Positions 1 to 11,349 of a stretch of 64,000 nucleotides of DNA are shown here, in pieces (the stretch's first letter is position 1; every line of letters begins with the position of its first letter). The position numbers and the translations under genes were made by a program. This DNA is from an uncultured delta proteobacterium. Its GTDB lineage: Bacteria > Desulfobacterota > Binatia > UBA9968. The notes under the pieces are model-generated. The model was not told the origin of the DNA and did not search any database. It was given only the letters and a program-made list of their open reading frames with translations. Where the stretch lies: NCBI GenBank assembly GCA_963847445.1, contig CAWJZV010000042.1, positions 96,001 to 160,000 of the forward strand, read 5' to 3'.

Positions 1-230
1 CCCTCGCATCCCGTCGGAATGACGGGCCTGGCCCGTCACTTTGCGACCTTTGCGACCTTGGCGCGAGGAATATCCGAATCCGAGACGATCTGAGCTGAGA
101 AAATTTGCGCGAGCCGGGCAAATTGTCAACTATAGTGGTACGAAGGACACGGAGTTCGAAATAGTTATCCGAACCCTTCGTGATCTTCGTGGTGAGATAG
201 ATCATTCGCATCGACACAACAAAGACAAAA

Positions 231-1089
231 ATGACAGCAATTCCAACCCTCGATCATTGTCCACGGCGGCGCCGGGCCGATTAAAGACGATAGTCTGCCG
301 GCGCGGCTTGCCGGTTGCCAGGCAGCGGCGCTTGCGGGTTGGGAAATGCTTCGCGCGGGCGGCAACTCGCTCGATGCGGCTGAAGCCGCAGTGATCGTCC
401 TTGAAGACAATCCTCTCTTTAACGCCGGTACCGGTTCGACCCTCAACAGCTTAGGCCAAGTCGAAATGGACGCGGCGATCATGGCAGGCGACGGGCTGCG
501 CGCCGGGGCTGTGGCGGCGGTCACGGGTATCAAAAATCCAATTGCGCTGGCGCGGCGCGTGCTCGAAGATGGCCGGCATGTCCTGATCGCCGGCGAAGGC
601 GCAGCGTTGTTCGCCCGCGCCATCGGATTTCCCGAGTGCGCTCCCGCCAGCTTGATCGTCGCGAGCGAAAAGCAGCGCTGGGACAACAAGCATGGCACCG
701 TCGGTTGCGTCGCCTTCGATCAGAACGGCAAACTCGCCGCCGCGACTTCCACCGGCGGTGTCTTCAACAAACTACCCGGCCGGGTCGGCGACTCTCCGCT
801 CATCGGTTGCGGCACTTACGCGAACAGAGTCGGCGCGGTCTCATGCACCGGATACGGCGAAGCGATCATCCGGGCAACGCTGGCGCGCGACGCGGTGCAG
901 TTGCTCCAGGGCGGCAGCGAACCCAGCGAAGCCGCCGGTTTGGCACTGGCAAATCTAGCAGAGCTGACCGGCAGCAGCGCCGGCCTGATTCTCATCGACA
1001 GTCGCGGGCGAGTCGGCTATGCGCGTAACACGACGCATATGCCGGTATGTTATGTCACTCTTGGAAGCGACCTTAAAACGGCTGTGTGA
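231..1089 (+). CDS. iaaA: Isoaspartyl peptidase/L-asparaginase (Ntn hydrolase); 1-nt indel near the start
   Basis: SIIVHGGAG in frame upstream of ORF 346; LEDNPLFNAG, GTVGCVA, ATSTGG, GRVGDSP, CTGYGE. ATG at 231 is one base out of frame. Confidence 0.9.
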
Positions 1090-1270
1090 AGGATCACAGT
1101 CGGCAGTTTGGAACACTGATGATTCTAACGGTAACCGCTGTCCTGGAAGCTTTCGTCTTGGGAACAACCCGCCAAGTGTTTTCATTGCCTGCTCGAATGA
1201 AAAATATTTACATCGATAGTATAGTAGCCGCTCGTCGCTTGGTATTTCGGTAGTTGGTTTAACCACGCAA

Positions 1271-2206
1271 ATGGCTCAAACCCGGATAATTTGTCTTGTC
1301 GGCATGCATCGCAGCGGTACGTCGATGATCGCGCGTCTGCTCAATATTTGCGGTTTGGATCTGGGGCCGCCAGAGCGCTTGCTCAAGGCTGACAAGGCCA
1401 ATCCGTTAGGCCACTTCGAGCATCGTGGATTTCTCGACATCGACCGCAAACTGCTCAAACACTTTCACGCCACCTGGCATAATCCGCCGGATTTGCCGCC
1501 AAGCTGGGAAACCGATCCGGGCTTGCTCCCGCTGCTGCGCCAAGCGCGCGCATTGGCGGCGAGTTTTCCACAAGAAAAGTCATGGGGCTGGAAAGAGCCG
1601 CGGGCGTCTTTGTTCTTGCCATTTTGGCGCCAAGCGGTTCCCAACATGAGATTTCTTTTCTGCCTGCGCAATCCTCTGGAGGTCGCCGAGTCATTGCAGA
1701 AGCGCAACCGGATGGCGATCGAGCATGGCGCCTGGCTTTGGTATTTGTATACCTTGTCCTCCTTGCGCGACACGCAGCGCTGCCCCCGGCAGTTTTCTTT
1801 TTTTGACGATTATTTCGCGCGTCGGGATGAGGAAATCGCGCGGGTGCTCGACTTCTGCGGTCTCGGCAACTTCAACGATGCCGCAGTCCTTGAATCCGCC
1901 ATCGCAGGCGAATTACGGCATCACGACAGCGGCGATCGGCGATTGCGCGACGAGCCTGCCGTTCCTGCCCAATGCAAGGATCTTTACTTCGGTCTCCGGT
2001 CGATTCTCGCGGCCCAGGATCCGCACAGCGAAATTTCCGACGCAGCTAACGGGGCGGTGGGATCGTCAGCGCTAGATTCCTTTATCGCGACATTCACCTC
2101 TCAAGCTGGATTTCAGTATTTGGCACAGCGCCACCTTGCCGCTGCCAAGAGTCTGGGTAGCGGTCAAAGGATTAAAAAGTTCTTGAATTCCATGCGCGGA
2201 CGTTGA
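1271..2206 (+). CDS. Sulfotransferase family protein
   Basis: PAPS-binding motif VGMHRSGTS, plus WGWKEPR and LRNPLEVAESL. Confidence 0.8.
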   Translation: MAQTRIICLVGMHRSGTSMIARLLNICGLDLGPPERLLKADKANPLGHFEHRGFLDIDRKLLKHFHATWHNPPDLPPSWETDPGLLPLLRQARALAASFPQEKSWGWKEPRASLFLPFWRQAVPNMRFLFCLRNPLEVAESLQKRNRMAIEHGAWLWYLYTLSSLRDTQRCPRQFSFFDDYFARRDEEIARVLDFCGLGNFNDAAVLESAIAGELRHHDSGDRRLRDEPAVPAQCKDLYFGLRSILAAQDPHSEISDAANGAVGSSALDSFIATFTSQAGFQYLAQRHLAAAKSLGSGQRIKKFLNSMRGR

Positions 2207-2581
2207 CTTAGCGTGCAGAAGGTCGCGGCGCCGGAAGAGACCTGCCGTGGTCGTCTCTAAGCGCGCGACGCGGTGTCTAGACCGATCCGACTTCGCTCTT
2301 GCCGTTGAATAATTCTTCGTGAATTGCGCCAGGATCGTCACGCGGCGGACCGCTTGAATCCCGCGGGCGCCGCGCCAAGCAATGCTTTCTGAAACCACGA
2401 TAGCCAGAGGCCCAGTGCGCGGCGAGAAGGTGGGTGTGACGCCGACAAAAGATTTGTGCTACATGTCGTCGAGGTATACTCAGTAGGGACTTCGGTTTGG
2501 AGTCGCAGGCAGGGTTGGCGGATAGCGCGTCTACGTCTTAAGGCGGCTGTCGCTAAAGGCAGTGTATCCTAGGAGGAAAAC

Positions 2582-3541
2582 TTGGTTATTGATTTTGAAC
2601 ATCACTATATTCCGCCGGAGCTCGGACGGAAGCTCGGCATGGACCCGACGCGAAAAGATGCGGTGCGTACCGGCGATGCGTCGATTCATTCGCAGTTGTT
2701 CGATCTCGACGCGCAGATCGCCGATATGGATCGCGCCGGTATCGATATCGCCGTGCAAAGCTCGATACTCGGTTGGGATACGACGTTGGAGAACTGCCGG
2801 CTGTTAAACGATTGCACGGCGCGGGCCCAGCGGGAATACCCCGGCCGCTTTGTCGGCCTGGCCCATCTGCCGCCGCTTGACGGCGCTGGGGCGCTGAGCG
2901 AGCTGGAGCGCGCCGTCAGCGAATTGGGCTTGAAAGGCGTAACCATCTCGTCGCAGGTCAACGGCTTGTCGCTCGACGCCAAGGAGTTCACGCCGTTTTA
3001 CGATGCCGTGAACCGGCTTAAAGTGCCGATCTTTGTCCATCCGGCGTTGGGGCCCAAGGGCTACGATCTGATGAAAGATTATATGTTACCGGTGATTCTC
3101 ACCCGCGAGTTCGATCTCGGTGTGGCGGTGACGCGCATGATCGCCGGCGGTGTGGTCGAGCGGTATCCGGATTTGCAGTTTGTCTTCGCCCACTTCGGCG
3201 GCGGCTTGGCCGGCTACAAGGAGCGCATCTCGCGCTCGTCCTATCGTTTCAAGTTACCGCGGTCTTTTGACGACTATTTCAACCAGCTCTATTTCGACAT
3301 GGCGGGGTTCGAAGGCAGCCTCATCGCGTTGCGTTGCGCGCTGGAGGTGATCAAGCCCGAGCGCATGGTATTCGCCACGGATTATCCGCAGAATTTCAAC
3401 GCCAGCGATCCGAAGCAGGGGAAAAGCATCGATGGTGTCAACGAATATATTGCGGAGATCCGCCGCTTGCCGTTGAATGCACAGGCGAAGGAAAACATGC
3501 TCGGCGGCACGGCGGCGAAGCTGCTAAGGCTCGGAGTGTAA
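2582..3541 (+). CDS. Amidohydrolase_2 family protein
   Basis: IDFEHH, IFVHP, AHFGG, FATDYP; AGGAGG RBS before TTG. Confidence 0.88.
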   Translation: MVIDFEHHYIPPELGRKLGMDPTRKDAVRTGDASIHSQLFDLDAQIADMDRAGIDIAVQSSILGWDTTLENCRLLNDCTARAQREYPGRFVGLAHLPPLDGAGALSELERAVSELGLKGVTISSQVNGLSLDAKEFTPFYDAVNRLKVPIFVHPALGPKGYDLMKDYMLPVILTREFDLGVAVTRMIAGGVVERYPDLQFVFAHFGGGLAGYKERISRSSYRFKLPRSFDDYFNQLYFDMAGFEGSLIALRCALEVIKPERMVFATDYPQNFNASDPKQGKSIDGVNEYIAEIRRLPLNAQAKENMLGGTAAKLLRLGV

Positions 3542-3694
3542 ATCGGCATTATGCAGGATGGGTGGAGTCCTTCGGCCTGGCTCAGGATAGACTCTGCGAT
3601 ACCGATCATTCAGGAAGCGGCGAAAATCAACTGGGACGATGGGTATCGGCGCGGCGCCTCCACCCATCCTACAAGAACGCGGAGGGATGTAGCC

Positions 3695-4285
3695 ATGTTG
3701 CGAATCACAGGGGCATCGAAAGAAACGGCGCCGAACGAAGTACAGGAAGTCTTCGCGGCGCAGGAAAAGCAATACGGTACGATCTTGAACACGGCGAAGG
3801 TCTATGGCCTGCGGCCGACGATTCAGCAGGGCGTGCAGGCGCTCCAAGCCGGCATCGTGGCGTCGGGGTTGATCGGCGCGGAGCTACGCCATCTTTTGTG
3901 CATGAAAGCCGCCAGCATCAACGGCTGTCCCTATTGACTGGACATCAACGCGTCCAGTGGGATGCAACATGGGGCATCGACGGAAAAGGTTGAGGCGGCG
4001 CTGGGTGATTACAAGAAGAATGCGCTATTTTCTGTACGGGAAAAGTTGGCGCTGGAGCTGTGCGAGCGCATGACCTACACCAGTAAACGTGTCACCGATC
4101 GCTTTTTCAATCGGCTCAAGAAGCAATTCTCCGAAGAGGAACTCGTCGAGTTGGCGGCAGTCATCGCGCTGGAGAATTTTCGCAGCAAGTTCAATCCGGT
4201 GTTCGCCGTCGAGGCTCATGGGTTTTGCCCGGTGCCGTTGGTCAAAGAAATCGCCGCCGAGGCTACGAGCAAGTTTCACGAATGA
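3695..4285 (+). CDS. AhpD/CMD-family selenoprotein (Sec at TGA 3935-3937)
   Basis: ORFs 3551..3937 and 3962..4285 are in the same frame; read-through gives INGCPY-U-LDINA (CxxU). GGAGG RBS before ATG 3695. Confidence 0.82.
3938..3982 (+). promoter_or_regulatory. Candidate bacterial SECIS element
   Basis: Hairpin just 3' of the TGA: CGTC..GATGC-AACATGGG-GCATC-GACG; alternative stem CTGGAC/GTCCAG. Confidence 0.55.
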
Positions 4286-4509
4286 CTCATCAAACGGAAT
4301 GATGAATTCACCACGAAGACCAGCGCGGCGAAGCCGCAACGGAAGAGAAGAATGGCCGCAAACGAACGCAAAGGGCGCAAATCCGAATCGGGAATCGTAG
4401 GGGCGGGTTTGAAACCCGCCGTTTCCAATCGTCCGCGCCCTTCGTGTCTGCGTGATCTTCGTGGTGAATCAGAATTTTTTCATGAACGCGAGAGAGGTTA
4501 GGTAAGCCG

Positions 4510-5482
4510 ATGTACATACGAAATGTTATTCGCAATACGTTGATCGTTCTGGTGCTGTTGTTGCCATTGCAAACGGCCCATGCCGCGGCCGCGCCGACCA
4601 AGGTGACGATTCATGTGCCGTCGAAGAGTCTGTCGATCATGCCGTACTACTTCGGCAAGGATAAAGGCTTCTTTGCCGCGGAGCAGATCGAGCCGCAGTT
4701 GATCATGATGGCGCCGCCGACGGCGATCGCGGCGATGGCCGCGGGCGAGTTGGATTTTTCCTCGACCACCGGCGCGGCGACCTCGGCGATCATGCGCGGG
4801 TTGCCGTTGCGGCGCGTGTTCTACGTTCAGCAAGACCCGGTTCACGTGCTCTTGGCTCAGCCGGAAATCAAATCGGTTCAAGAGCTGGTCGGGAAGACCG
4901 TCGGCGTCAACGCATTGACCGATGCCACGGGCATGTCGACCAATGCGATTCTACGCGCGCACGGGATCGATGCCGGCAAGACGACGCTACTCGCGCTGCA
5001 GGTCACAGACAATATGATCAAAGCCCTCACGAGCAAAAGGGTAGCCGCAGTCATACTGCCGCCGCCCTACGTAGAAGAGCTCGAAGCCAAGGGCTATGTC
5101 AAAATCGCCGAAGCGCGAACCTATGCGCCGTTGAGCTTCATCGGCTTGGTTAGTTCGCAAGAAACCATGAAGAAAAGCCCGCAGAAAGTTCAGGGCATGG
5201 TCGCCGCGCTGCACCGGACCATGAATTACATTCTCAATCCGGCGAATCGCAACGAAGTGGTGCAATATGTCTCGACCTACCACAAGATCGACCTGCCGCT
5301 GGCCGAAAAAGCGATGGCGGCGCAGATGCTCGGCTACAGCAAAGACGGCACCAAACCGCGCGCCGCTGTCGAAAAGGAAATCGAGATTTACCGCGAATCG
5401 CTGAAAGTCGCGAAGAGCTTTCACGCCGGATGATCTGGAAGATATGAGTTGGTTGCGGAAGGCGCAGGGACGTTCGAGTTAG
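4510..5482 (+). CDS. ABC SBP, NMT1/SsuA-like; indel near 3' end
   Basis: Signal peptide, KDKGFF, ELVGKTVGV; C-terminus TPDDLEDMSWLRKAQ in the shifted frame, stop 5480-5482. Confidence 0.85.
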
Positions 5483-5952
5483 AGGTTCAAAAGGTTCAAG
5501 CCGTTCAATCGCTGCGCTCCGTTCAAACCGTTCGAATCGAACCAATGGAGACGCAGGTCAGGGCTGCCACTGGGACTCCGGCTTCGATGTCCCGTCTAGT
5601 CTTTCCGTGTTACTTCCAACCGTCGTGCCGCATTCGGGAGCGAGCTACCTAGCGTCGGGAATAGTAATCGATCAGCTGAACTTGAAAGATGGTCGCGTCG
5701 TCGGCGATTCGCCGCGAGGCCGCATTTAACTGCGCATGGCTCTTATGGAAAGTTTTCCGACCTGGGCAAATGATTGCGGCTGATTGACCGCCGCTCCGCC
5801 GCCACCGGGCGTATGCCATACGCCCCTACATGTGGATTTCTCTGGGCCATTCTTGGCGTGGCGCCAAGTTCCTTCGCATGCGCTCAGGACAAGCTTTGCG
5901 GCTGATTCTGCGCTTCCGAATCGTCTTTCATTGCGGCTCTGCCGCGCCGCTC

Positions 5953-6975
5953 TTAGCGCCGGTAGTTTTCGCTGCCCCAGAGCTCTTTGAGAAAACCACT
6001 CTTCTCCAGATTGATGACGAAGCTGTTGTCGAAGATCTCTTCCGGTTTGCGGCGGACCGTGGTGCCGCTCTCGCGGGCGCTTTCGACGGCTTCGGCGACC
6101 GACTTGGCAGGGACTAGCATGGTGCGGTCGACGATTTCTTTGGCGTAGACGTTGTAGGAGGACTGGAGCGCGTCTTCGTCCTTTAGGTTCATGGCTTTGG
6201 CGATGGAAGCTTTGGCCTTGTCGGGATTTTTTTCGACGAAGTAGACCGATTCGGCAAATGCGGCGACCGCGCGTTGGACGATCTCGGGACGGTCGCGCAG
6301 CATTTTATGGCTGGTGTGGAGGGTGCTGTAGATGAACGGCAGTTCGAGATCGATCAGGCGATAGAGCACGTTGAAGCCGGCGTTCTTGGCGCGTGCATCC
6401 AACGGCGGTGTGACGGTAACAGCTTGGACGATGTTGGCCGCCATCGCCTGGTAGCGCTCTCCCTGGCTGCCGCCGATGGGGCGGATCGAGACCATGTCAG
6501 GCGTCAAGCCGAACTTCTTGATCACCGCACGGGTGAGCTTATCGCTCAAGTCTCCGGCGCGGGCGATGCCGATGGATTTACCTTTAAGATCTTCGCCGCG
6601 CCTGATTTCTTTGCGTGAGATCAATACATAGGGGAGCTTCACCAACGGTGACGCCACGAGTTTGACATCGATGCCGGTGGCCAACCCCGGGATCGTCCCG
6701 TCGGCGGCGCAAAATATAAACTGAAGCTCGTCGCCGGCGAGGGCGGCCAACGCCGGACCGCTGCCGCGGATAAAAATAGACTCAGTCTTGAGTCCGTACT
6801 TTTCGAAAATGCCGTAGTCCTGACCGGCGTAGAGATGGACGAAGCCGCCGGTGATGGCGCAAGTGCCGATTCTAATATTGATCGGCTTTTCACCCGGCTT
6901 CGGCAGATAATGGCTGGCGAAACTGGGCGCCGTGCAAAGGAGCACTAGCAGTATCGCAGGGATTCTGATCTTCAT
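5953..6975 (-). CDS. ABC SBP, NMT1/SsuA-like (paralog 1 of tandem trio)
   Basis: Signal peptide, GIFEKYGL, DLKGKSIGI, C-terminal LEKSGFLKELW. Confidence 0.9.
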   Translation of the reverse strand: MKIRIPAILLVLLCTAPSFASHYLPKPGEKPINIRIGTCAITGGFVHLYAGQDYGIFEKYGLKTESIFIRGSGPALAALAGDELQFIFCAADGTIPGLATGIDVKLVASPLVKLPYVLISRKEIRRGEDLKGKSIGIARAGDLSDKLTRAVIKKFGLTPDMVSIRPIGGSQGERYQAMAANIVQAVTVTPPLDARAKNAGFNVLYRLIDLELPFIYSTLHTSHKMLRDRPEIVQRAVAAFAESVYFVEKNPDKAKASIAKAMNLKDEDALQSSYNVYAKEIVDRTMLVPAKSVAEAVESARESGTTVRRKPEEIFDNSFVINLEKSGFLKELWGSENYRR

Positions 6976-7022
6976 GGCAATGTTCCGTGCCTTGCGCGTG
7001 GGTCGATGCCGGCGCGCCGTCT

Positions 7023-8044
7023 TTACCGCCGATAATTTTCGTTGCCCCAGATCTCTTTCAAGAAGCCGCTCTTTTCAAGATTGTTGACGAAGCTGTTGTC
7101 GTAGATTTCTTCCGGTTTCTTTCTGACCGGGCTGCCGCTTTCGCGGGCCATCTCGACAGTTTCCGCGACCGCTTTTGCCGGGACTACCATCGTGCGATCG
7201 AGGATCTCCCTGGCGTAGGTGTCGTAGGCGGACTGTAATGCTTCGGGGTCCTTGGTGCGCATGGCTTTGCCGACCGACGCCTTGGCCTTGTCGGGATTTT
7301 TCTCGACGAAGTGGATGATCTCGGCAAAGGCGGCGACCATGCGCTGGACGATCTCGGGGCGTTCGCGGAGCATTTTATAACTGGTGTGGAGCGAGCTGTA
7401 GATGAACGGTATATTCAGATCGATCAGGCGATACATGACGTTGTAACCTTCGTTTTTGGCGCGGACATCGAGCGGCGGCGTGATGATCACACCGTGGACG
7501 ATACCGGCGGCCATCGCCTGATAGCGCTCGCCCTGGCTGCCGCCGATGGGCCGGATCGTGACCGCGTCGGGGGACAGGCCGAGCTTCTTCACCACCGCCC
7601 GCGACAGCCGGTCGCTCAAGTCTCCGACGCGGGCGATTCCCAAAGATTTGCCCTTAAGATCTTCCGGCCGTCTGACATCTTTTCGCGTCACCAAAACATA
7701 CGGCAGCTTTACCAGGGGGGACGCGACGATTTTCACTTCGAGCCCAGCCGCCATTCCTGGAATGATTGCGTCCGATGCGCAGTAAGTGAACTGCACTTCG
7801 TCGGTTGCTAGAGCGGTCAAGTTTTGGGCGCTGCCGCGGATAAAGATATTCTCCAACTTGACGCCGTACTTGTCGAACAGGCCGTTGTCGAGAGCCGTGT
7901 AGAGATGGATGAACCCGCCCGACACGGCGCAGGTAGAAACGCGCATCGAATGCGTCCGCTCGCCGGGTTTCGGGCAGATAAGGATTGGCGTAGGCGTTAG
8001 CGCTGAAGATCGACAAGCAGGAATGGCAGGATTCTCAATTTCAT
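7023..8044 (-). CDS. ABC SBP, NMT1/SsuA-like (paralog 2); N-terminal indels
   Basis: Highly similar to both neighbours; ANPYLP segment lies in another frame. Confidence 0.85.
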
Positions 8045-8046
8045 AT

Positions 8047-9075
8047 TTACCGCCGGTAATTTTCATTTCCCCAGAGTTCTTTCAAGAAGCCGCTCTTCTC
8101 TAGATTGTTGACGAAACTATTGTCGTACAGCTCTTCGGGTTTTCTTCTCACAACGGTTCCGCTGTCGCGAGCGATGTCGACCGCCTCACGCACGGTATTT
8201 CCCGGCACGACCATGGTGCGGTCGACGATTTCTTTGGCGTAGACGTTGTACGACGTTTGCAACGCGTCTTCGTCTTTGACGCGCATCGCTTTGGCGACGG
8301 CGGCTTTGGCCTTGTCGGGGTTTTTCTCGACGAAGTAGACAGCTTCGGCGAGTGCCGCGACCATCCGCTGGACGAGATCCGGCCGCTCGCGGAGCATTTT
8401 GTAGTTGGTCATCAAAGAACTGTAGATAAACGGGATATCGAGATCGATCAGCCGGTAGATGATATTAAAGCCGTCGATTTTGGCGCGGATATCCAAGGGC
8501 GGAGTCACCAGGATCGCTTGCACGACGTTGCCGAGCATTGCTTGATAGCGCTCCGATTGGCTGCCGCCGATAGGATGGATGGTTACGTCATCGGCGCTCA
8601 AGCCGAACTTTCTGACGACTTGCCGCGATAATCGCGCGCTCAAGTCGCCCGGCCTGGTCACGCCGATGGACTTTCCTTTAAGATCCTCGGGACGGCGTAT
8701 GTCTTTACGCGCGATCATGACGTAAGGAAGCTTGACGAGAGGGGATGCGACAAACTTGACATCCACCCCAGCTGCGATGCCGGGAAGACTGCCGTCGGCT
8801 GCGCCATAGTTGAATTGGAGCTGGTCGGCCGCCAGCGCGGCGAGCGCCGGCGATTGGCCGCGGATATAGATATGTTCAATTTTGAAGCCATACTTTTCGA
8901 AGATTCCGTAATCGAGCGCCGAATAGAGATGAATGAAGCCGCCGGACACCGCGGATGTGGCGATGCGCAATGAAACCATGCGCTCGCCGGGCTTGGGCAG
9001 GTAGGGATTGGCGGAGGCGTTTAATGCGAGCGGCGCGGTGAGCAGGAATAGGGCGATTGCCAACCGCAACTTCAT
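8047..9075 (-). CDS. ABC SBP, NMT1/SsuA-like (paralog 3)
   Basis: Signal peptide, ANPYLPKPGE, DLKGKSIGV, ENYRR C-terminus. Confidence 0.9.
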   Translation of the reverse strand: MKLRLAIALFLLTAPLALNASANPYLPKPGERMVSLRIATSAVSGGFIHLYSALDYGIFEKYGFKIEHIYIRGQSPALAALAADQLQFNYGAADGSLPGIAAGVDVKFVASPLVKLPYVMIARKDIRRPEDLKGKSIGVTRPGDLSARLSRQVVRKFGLSADDVTIHPIGGSQSERYQAMLGNVVQAILVTPPLDIRAKIDGFNIIYRLIDLDIPFIYSSLMTNYKMLRERPDLVQRMVAALAEAVYFVEKNPDKAKAAVAKAMRVKDEDALQTSYNVYAKEIVDRTMVVPGNTVREAVDIARDSGTVVRRKPEELYDNSFVNNLEKSGFLKELWGNENYRR

Positions 9076-9290
9076 GGCGCTGACTCTAAGCGGAATCGCC
9101 CAGGCTTGTAAAGCAGAAAATTATTGCGCCTTGACCTTTCGAATCAGGCTGGCTTATTTAGGCAATACGGGCGTTAGTCTGGCGCGCCGAGATGCGATGG
9201 CGATAATCGGCGAAGAGTTATTTTATCCTAAGCCAACGACTGGCGGACTTTTCAAGATAACAGGAATTTCTCGGCAGTGAGGAAATAAGA

Positions 9291-10253
9291 ATGATTGTAA
9301 ACAATTGGCAAGGGTGGATCGGGATACTCGTCGGCGTGGTCGCGCTGTTCGGGCCTTGGCCAGCGGCCCAAGCGCAGACGCAGAAGATTCGCATCTCGCT
9401 GTCGAGCCGGAGCAATACCAACACAAGCTATTACGTCGCTCAGGCTAGGGGAATGTTTAGAGACGAAGGGTTGGAGGTGGAGTTCGTCCAGATCAATCCG
9501 CGCCTCGGGGCGATGGCGGTGCTCAACGGCGACGTGACTTTTACCACATCGTTCGTCAGCACTTTTCGCGGCGTCGTTCAGGGCTTGCCGATGAAGACCG
9601 TGTTTATTTTGCTCAAGAAAGGGCTTTACTATTTGATGGTGCGCCCGGAGGTCATCAAGGATGTCCAAGAGCTCAAGGGAAAAAAGCTCGGCGTGACGGC
9701 GATCAATGGCGGCGATCATATCATCGGCCGCGAGCTCCTGCGCATGAAAGGGATCGATCCCAGCACGGTGCAAGCGATCGCGGTGGGCGATCCGTCGCTG
9801 CGCTTCCAAGCGGTGGTGACCGGAATTGTCCAGGCGGTGTCGGTGCCGCCGCCCTATGATTTCCAACTCCAGAGCATGGGGTTGAAGGCGGTTTCCGGTC
9901 CGCCGGAGATCGGCGTGCCGTCCTCTGGGCTCTTCGCCGCCGATCGCGTCATCAAGGAGAATCCGCAAGTGCTGCGAAGCACGATCCGCGCCTTGTTGAA
10001 GGCCAACCGTTTCCTTGAAGCCAACCGGGAAGAAACCATTCGCATCATGTCGCAATATGTGCCGCAGAAATTGGATCTGGCGGGGCGTTCCTACGATGTC
10101 GAGCTCAAGACGCTTGCCAAGGACGGCACGATGACCGATGCCGAGATCGAAGGCCAGATGGAACGGCTCGCCGACAAGAAGCGGCCACTCGATGAAGTCA
10201 GGGATTTTTCATTTGCCCGGGCGGCGTGGAAGGAGCTGGAAGCGGGGAAGTAG
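9291..10253 (+). CDS. ABC SBP, NMT1/SsuA-like
   Basis: Signal peptide, RGMFRDEGLEVE, ELKGKKLGV. Confidence 0.9.
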   Translation: MIVNNWQGWIGILVGVVALFGPWPAAQAQTQKIRISLSSRSNTNTSYYVAQARGMFRDEGLEVEFVQINPRLGAMAVLNGDVTFTTSFVSTFRGVVQGLPMKTVFILLKKGLYYLMVRPEVIKDVQELKGKKLGVTAINGGDHIIGRELLRMKGIDPSTVQAIAVGDPSLRFQAVVTGIVQAVSVPPPYDFQLQSMGLKAVSGPPEIGVPSSGLFAADRVIKENPQVLRSTIRALLKANRFLEANREETIRIMSQYVPQKLDLAGRSYDVELKTLAKDGTMTDAEIEGQMERLADKKRPLDEVRDFSFARAAWKELEAGK

Positions 10254-10279
10254 GAAGAATGGATAATGGAGAATTGAGA

Positions 10280-11253
10280 ATGGAGAATCGCCGCCGCAAG
10301 GCCCGAAACGTTCGCTCGGTCTGCTTGATCGTTCTACTCGCCATCGTTGCTGATCAATAGGGGATGGCCTGGCGCAGACCCAGAAGGTGCGCATTTCGTT
10401 CTCGAGCCGCAGTAACACCAGCGTGCCGTACTACGTTGCGGTGAGCAGAGGCTTCTTTCGCGATGAAGGCATGGACGTGGAGATCATTCAGGCCAATCCG
10501 CGCCTGGGCGTGATGGCGCTGATAAACGGCGATGTCTCGTTTACCGGGACGTTTGTCAGCACGGTGCGCGGGATTCTTTCCGGCTTTCCGATGAAGATCG
10601 TGCTCGTCGCGTTCAAAAAAGGCGTTTATTATTTGATCGCCCATCCGAGCGTGAAAGACGTGCAAGACTTGCGGGGCAAGAAGCTCGGCGTGTCGAGCCT
10701 CCGCGGCGCGGATCATTTGGTCGCCGAGGAGTTGCTCAGATCCAAGGGGCTCAATCCGGCGCTGATGCAACCAGTGGTGCTGGGTGATACATCCGTGCGG
10801 TTACAATCCGTCATCACCGGCGCGGTGGAAGTGACGACGCTGTCGCCGCCCCATGACCTGATGGCGCAGAAGGCCGGCGTCAAAGTGCTTGCCGGGCCGC
10901 CGGAGATCGGCATGCCGGCCTCGGGAATGATTACTTCCGAGCGCTTGATCAAGGAGAATCCGGCGTTTGTCAGGCGCGGTGTGCGAGCGATCCTGCGCGC
11001 CAACCGTTTTATCGACGAGAATCGCGCCGAGACGATCAAAGTGTTGTTACAATGGGTCAAGCAGACTCCGGAGATCGCTGGGCGCTCTTACGACGTGGAA
11101 CTCAAATCGATTCTGCGCGACGGCACTATGACCGACGCCGAGATGGAAAGCTTCATTGACCGATTAGGAAATGAGAAAAAACGATCGATTGATGAAGTGC
11201 GTGATTTCTCGTTTGTCCGCCAAGCGTGGAAGGAATTGGAAGCGGGGAAATGA
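10280..11253 (+). CDS. ABC SBP, NMT1/SsuA-like, paralog of 9291; signal-peptide indel
   Basis: Same C-terminus (DEVRDFSF..AWKELEAGK); signal-like MENRRRKARNVRSVCLIVLLA out of frame. Confidence 0.85.
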
Positions 11254-11349
11254 GTTTACAGCGCCGGTTTACCGGTAGGCAGTGAAAATGGATTGCCCCT
11301 TTGCCGCTGTGGCCAATCATGTAGTCCAAATTTTTGGCTTGCCACGGAG

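Noticed and set aside
2207-2400. Possible decayed XRE-family HTH gene on the minus strand (RVARLETTTAGLF)
   Set aside because: Similarity too fragmentary to support without a search.
5401-5482. Programmed ribosomal frameshifting in the split genes
   Set aside because: Indels are widespread, lack consistent slippery motifs and affect families not known to frameshift.
5560-5700. GCCACTGGGA resembling part of a cobalamin riboswitch
   Set aside because: Other conserved elements are missing and there is no suitable downstream gene.
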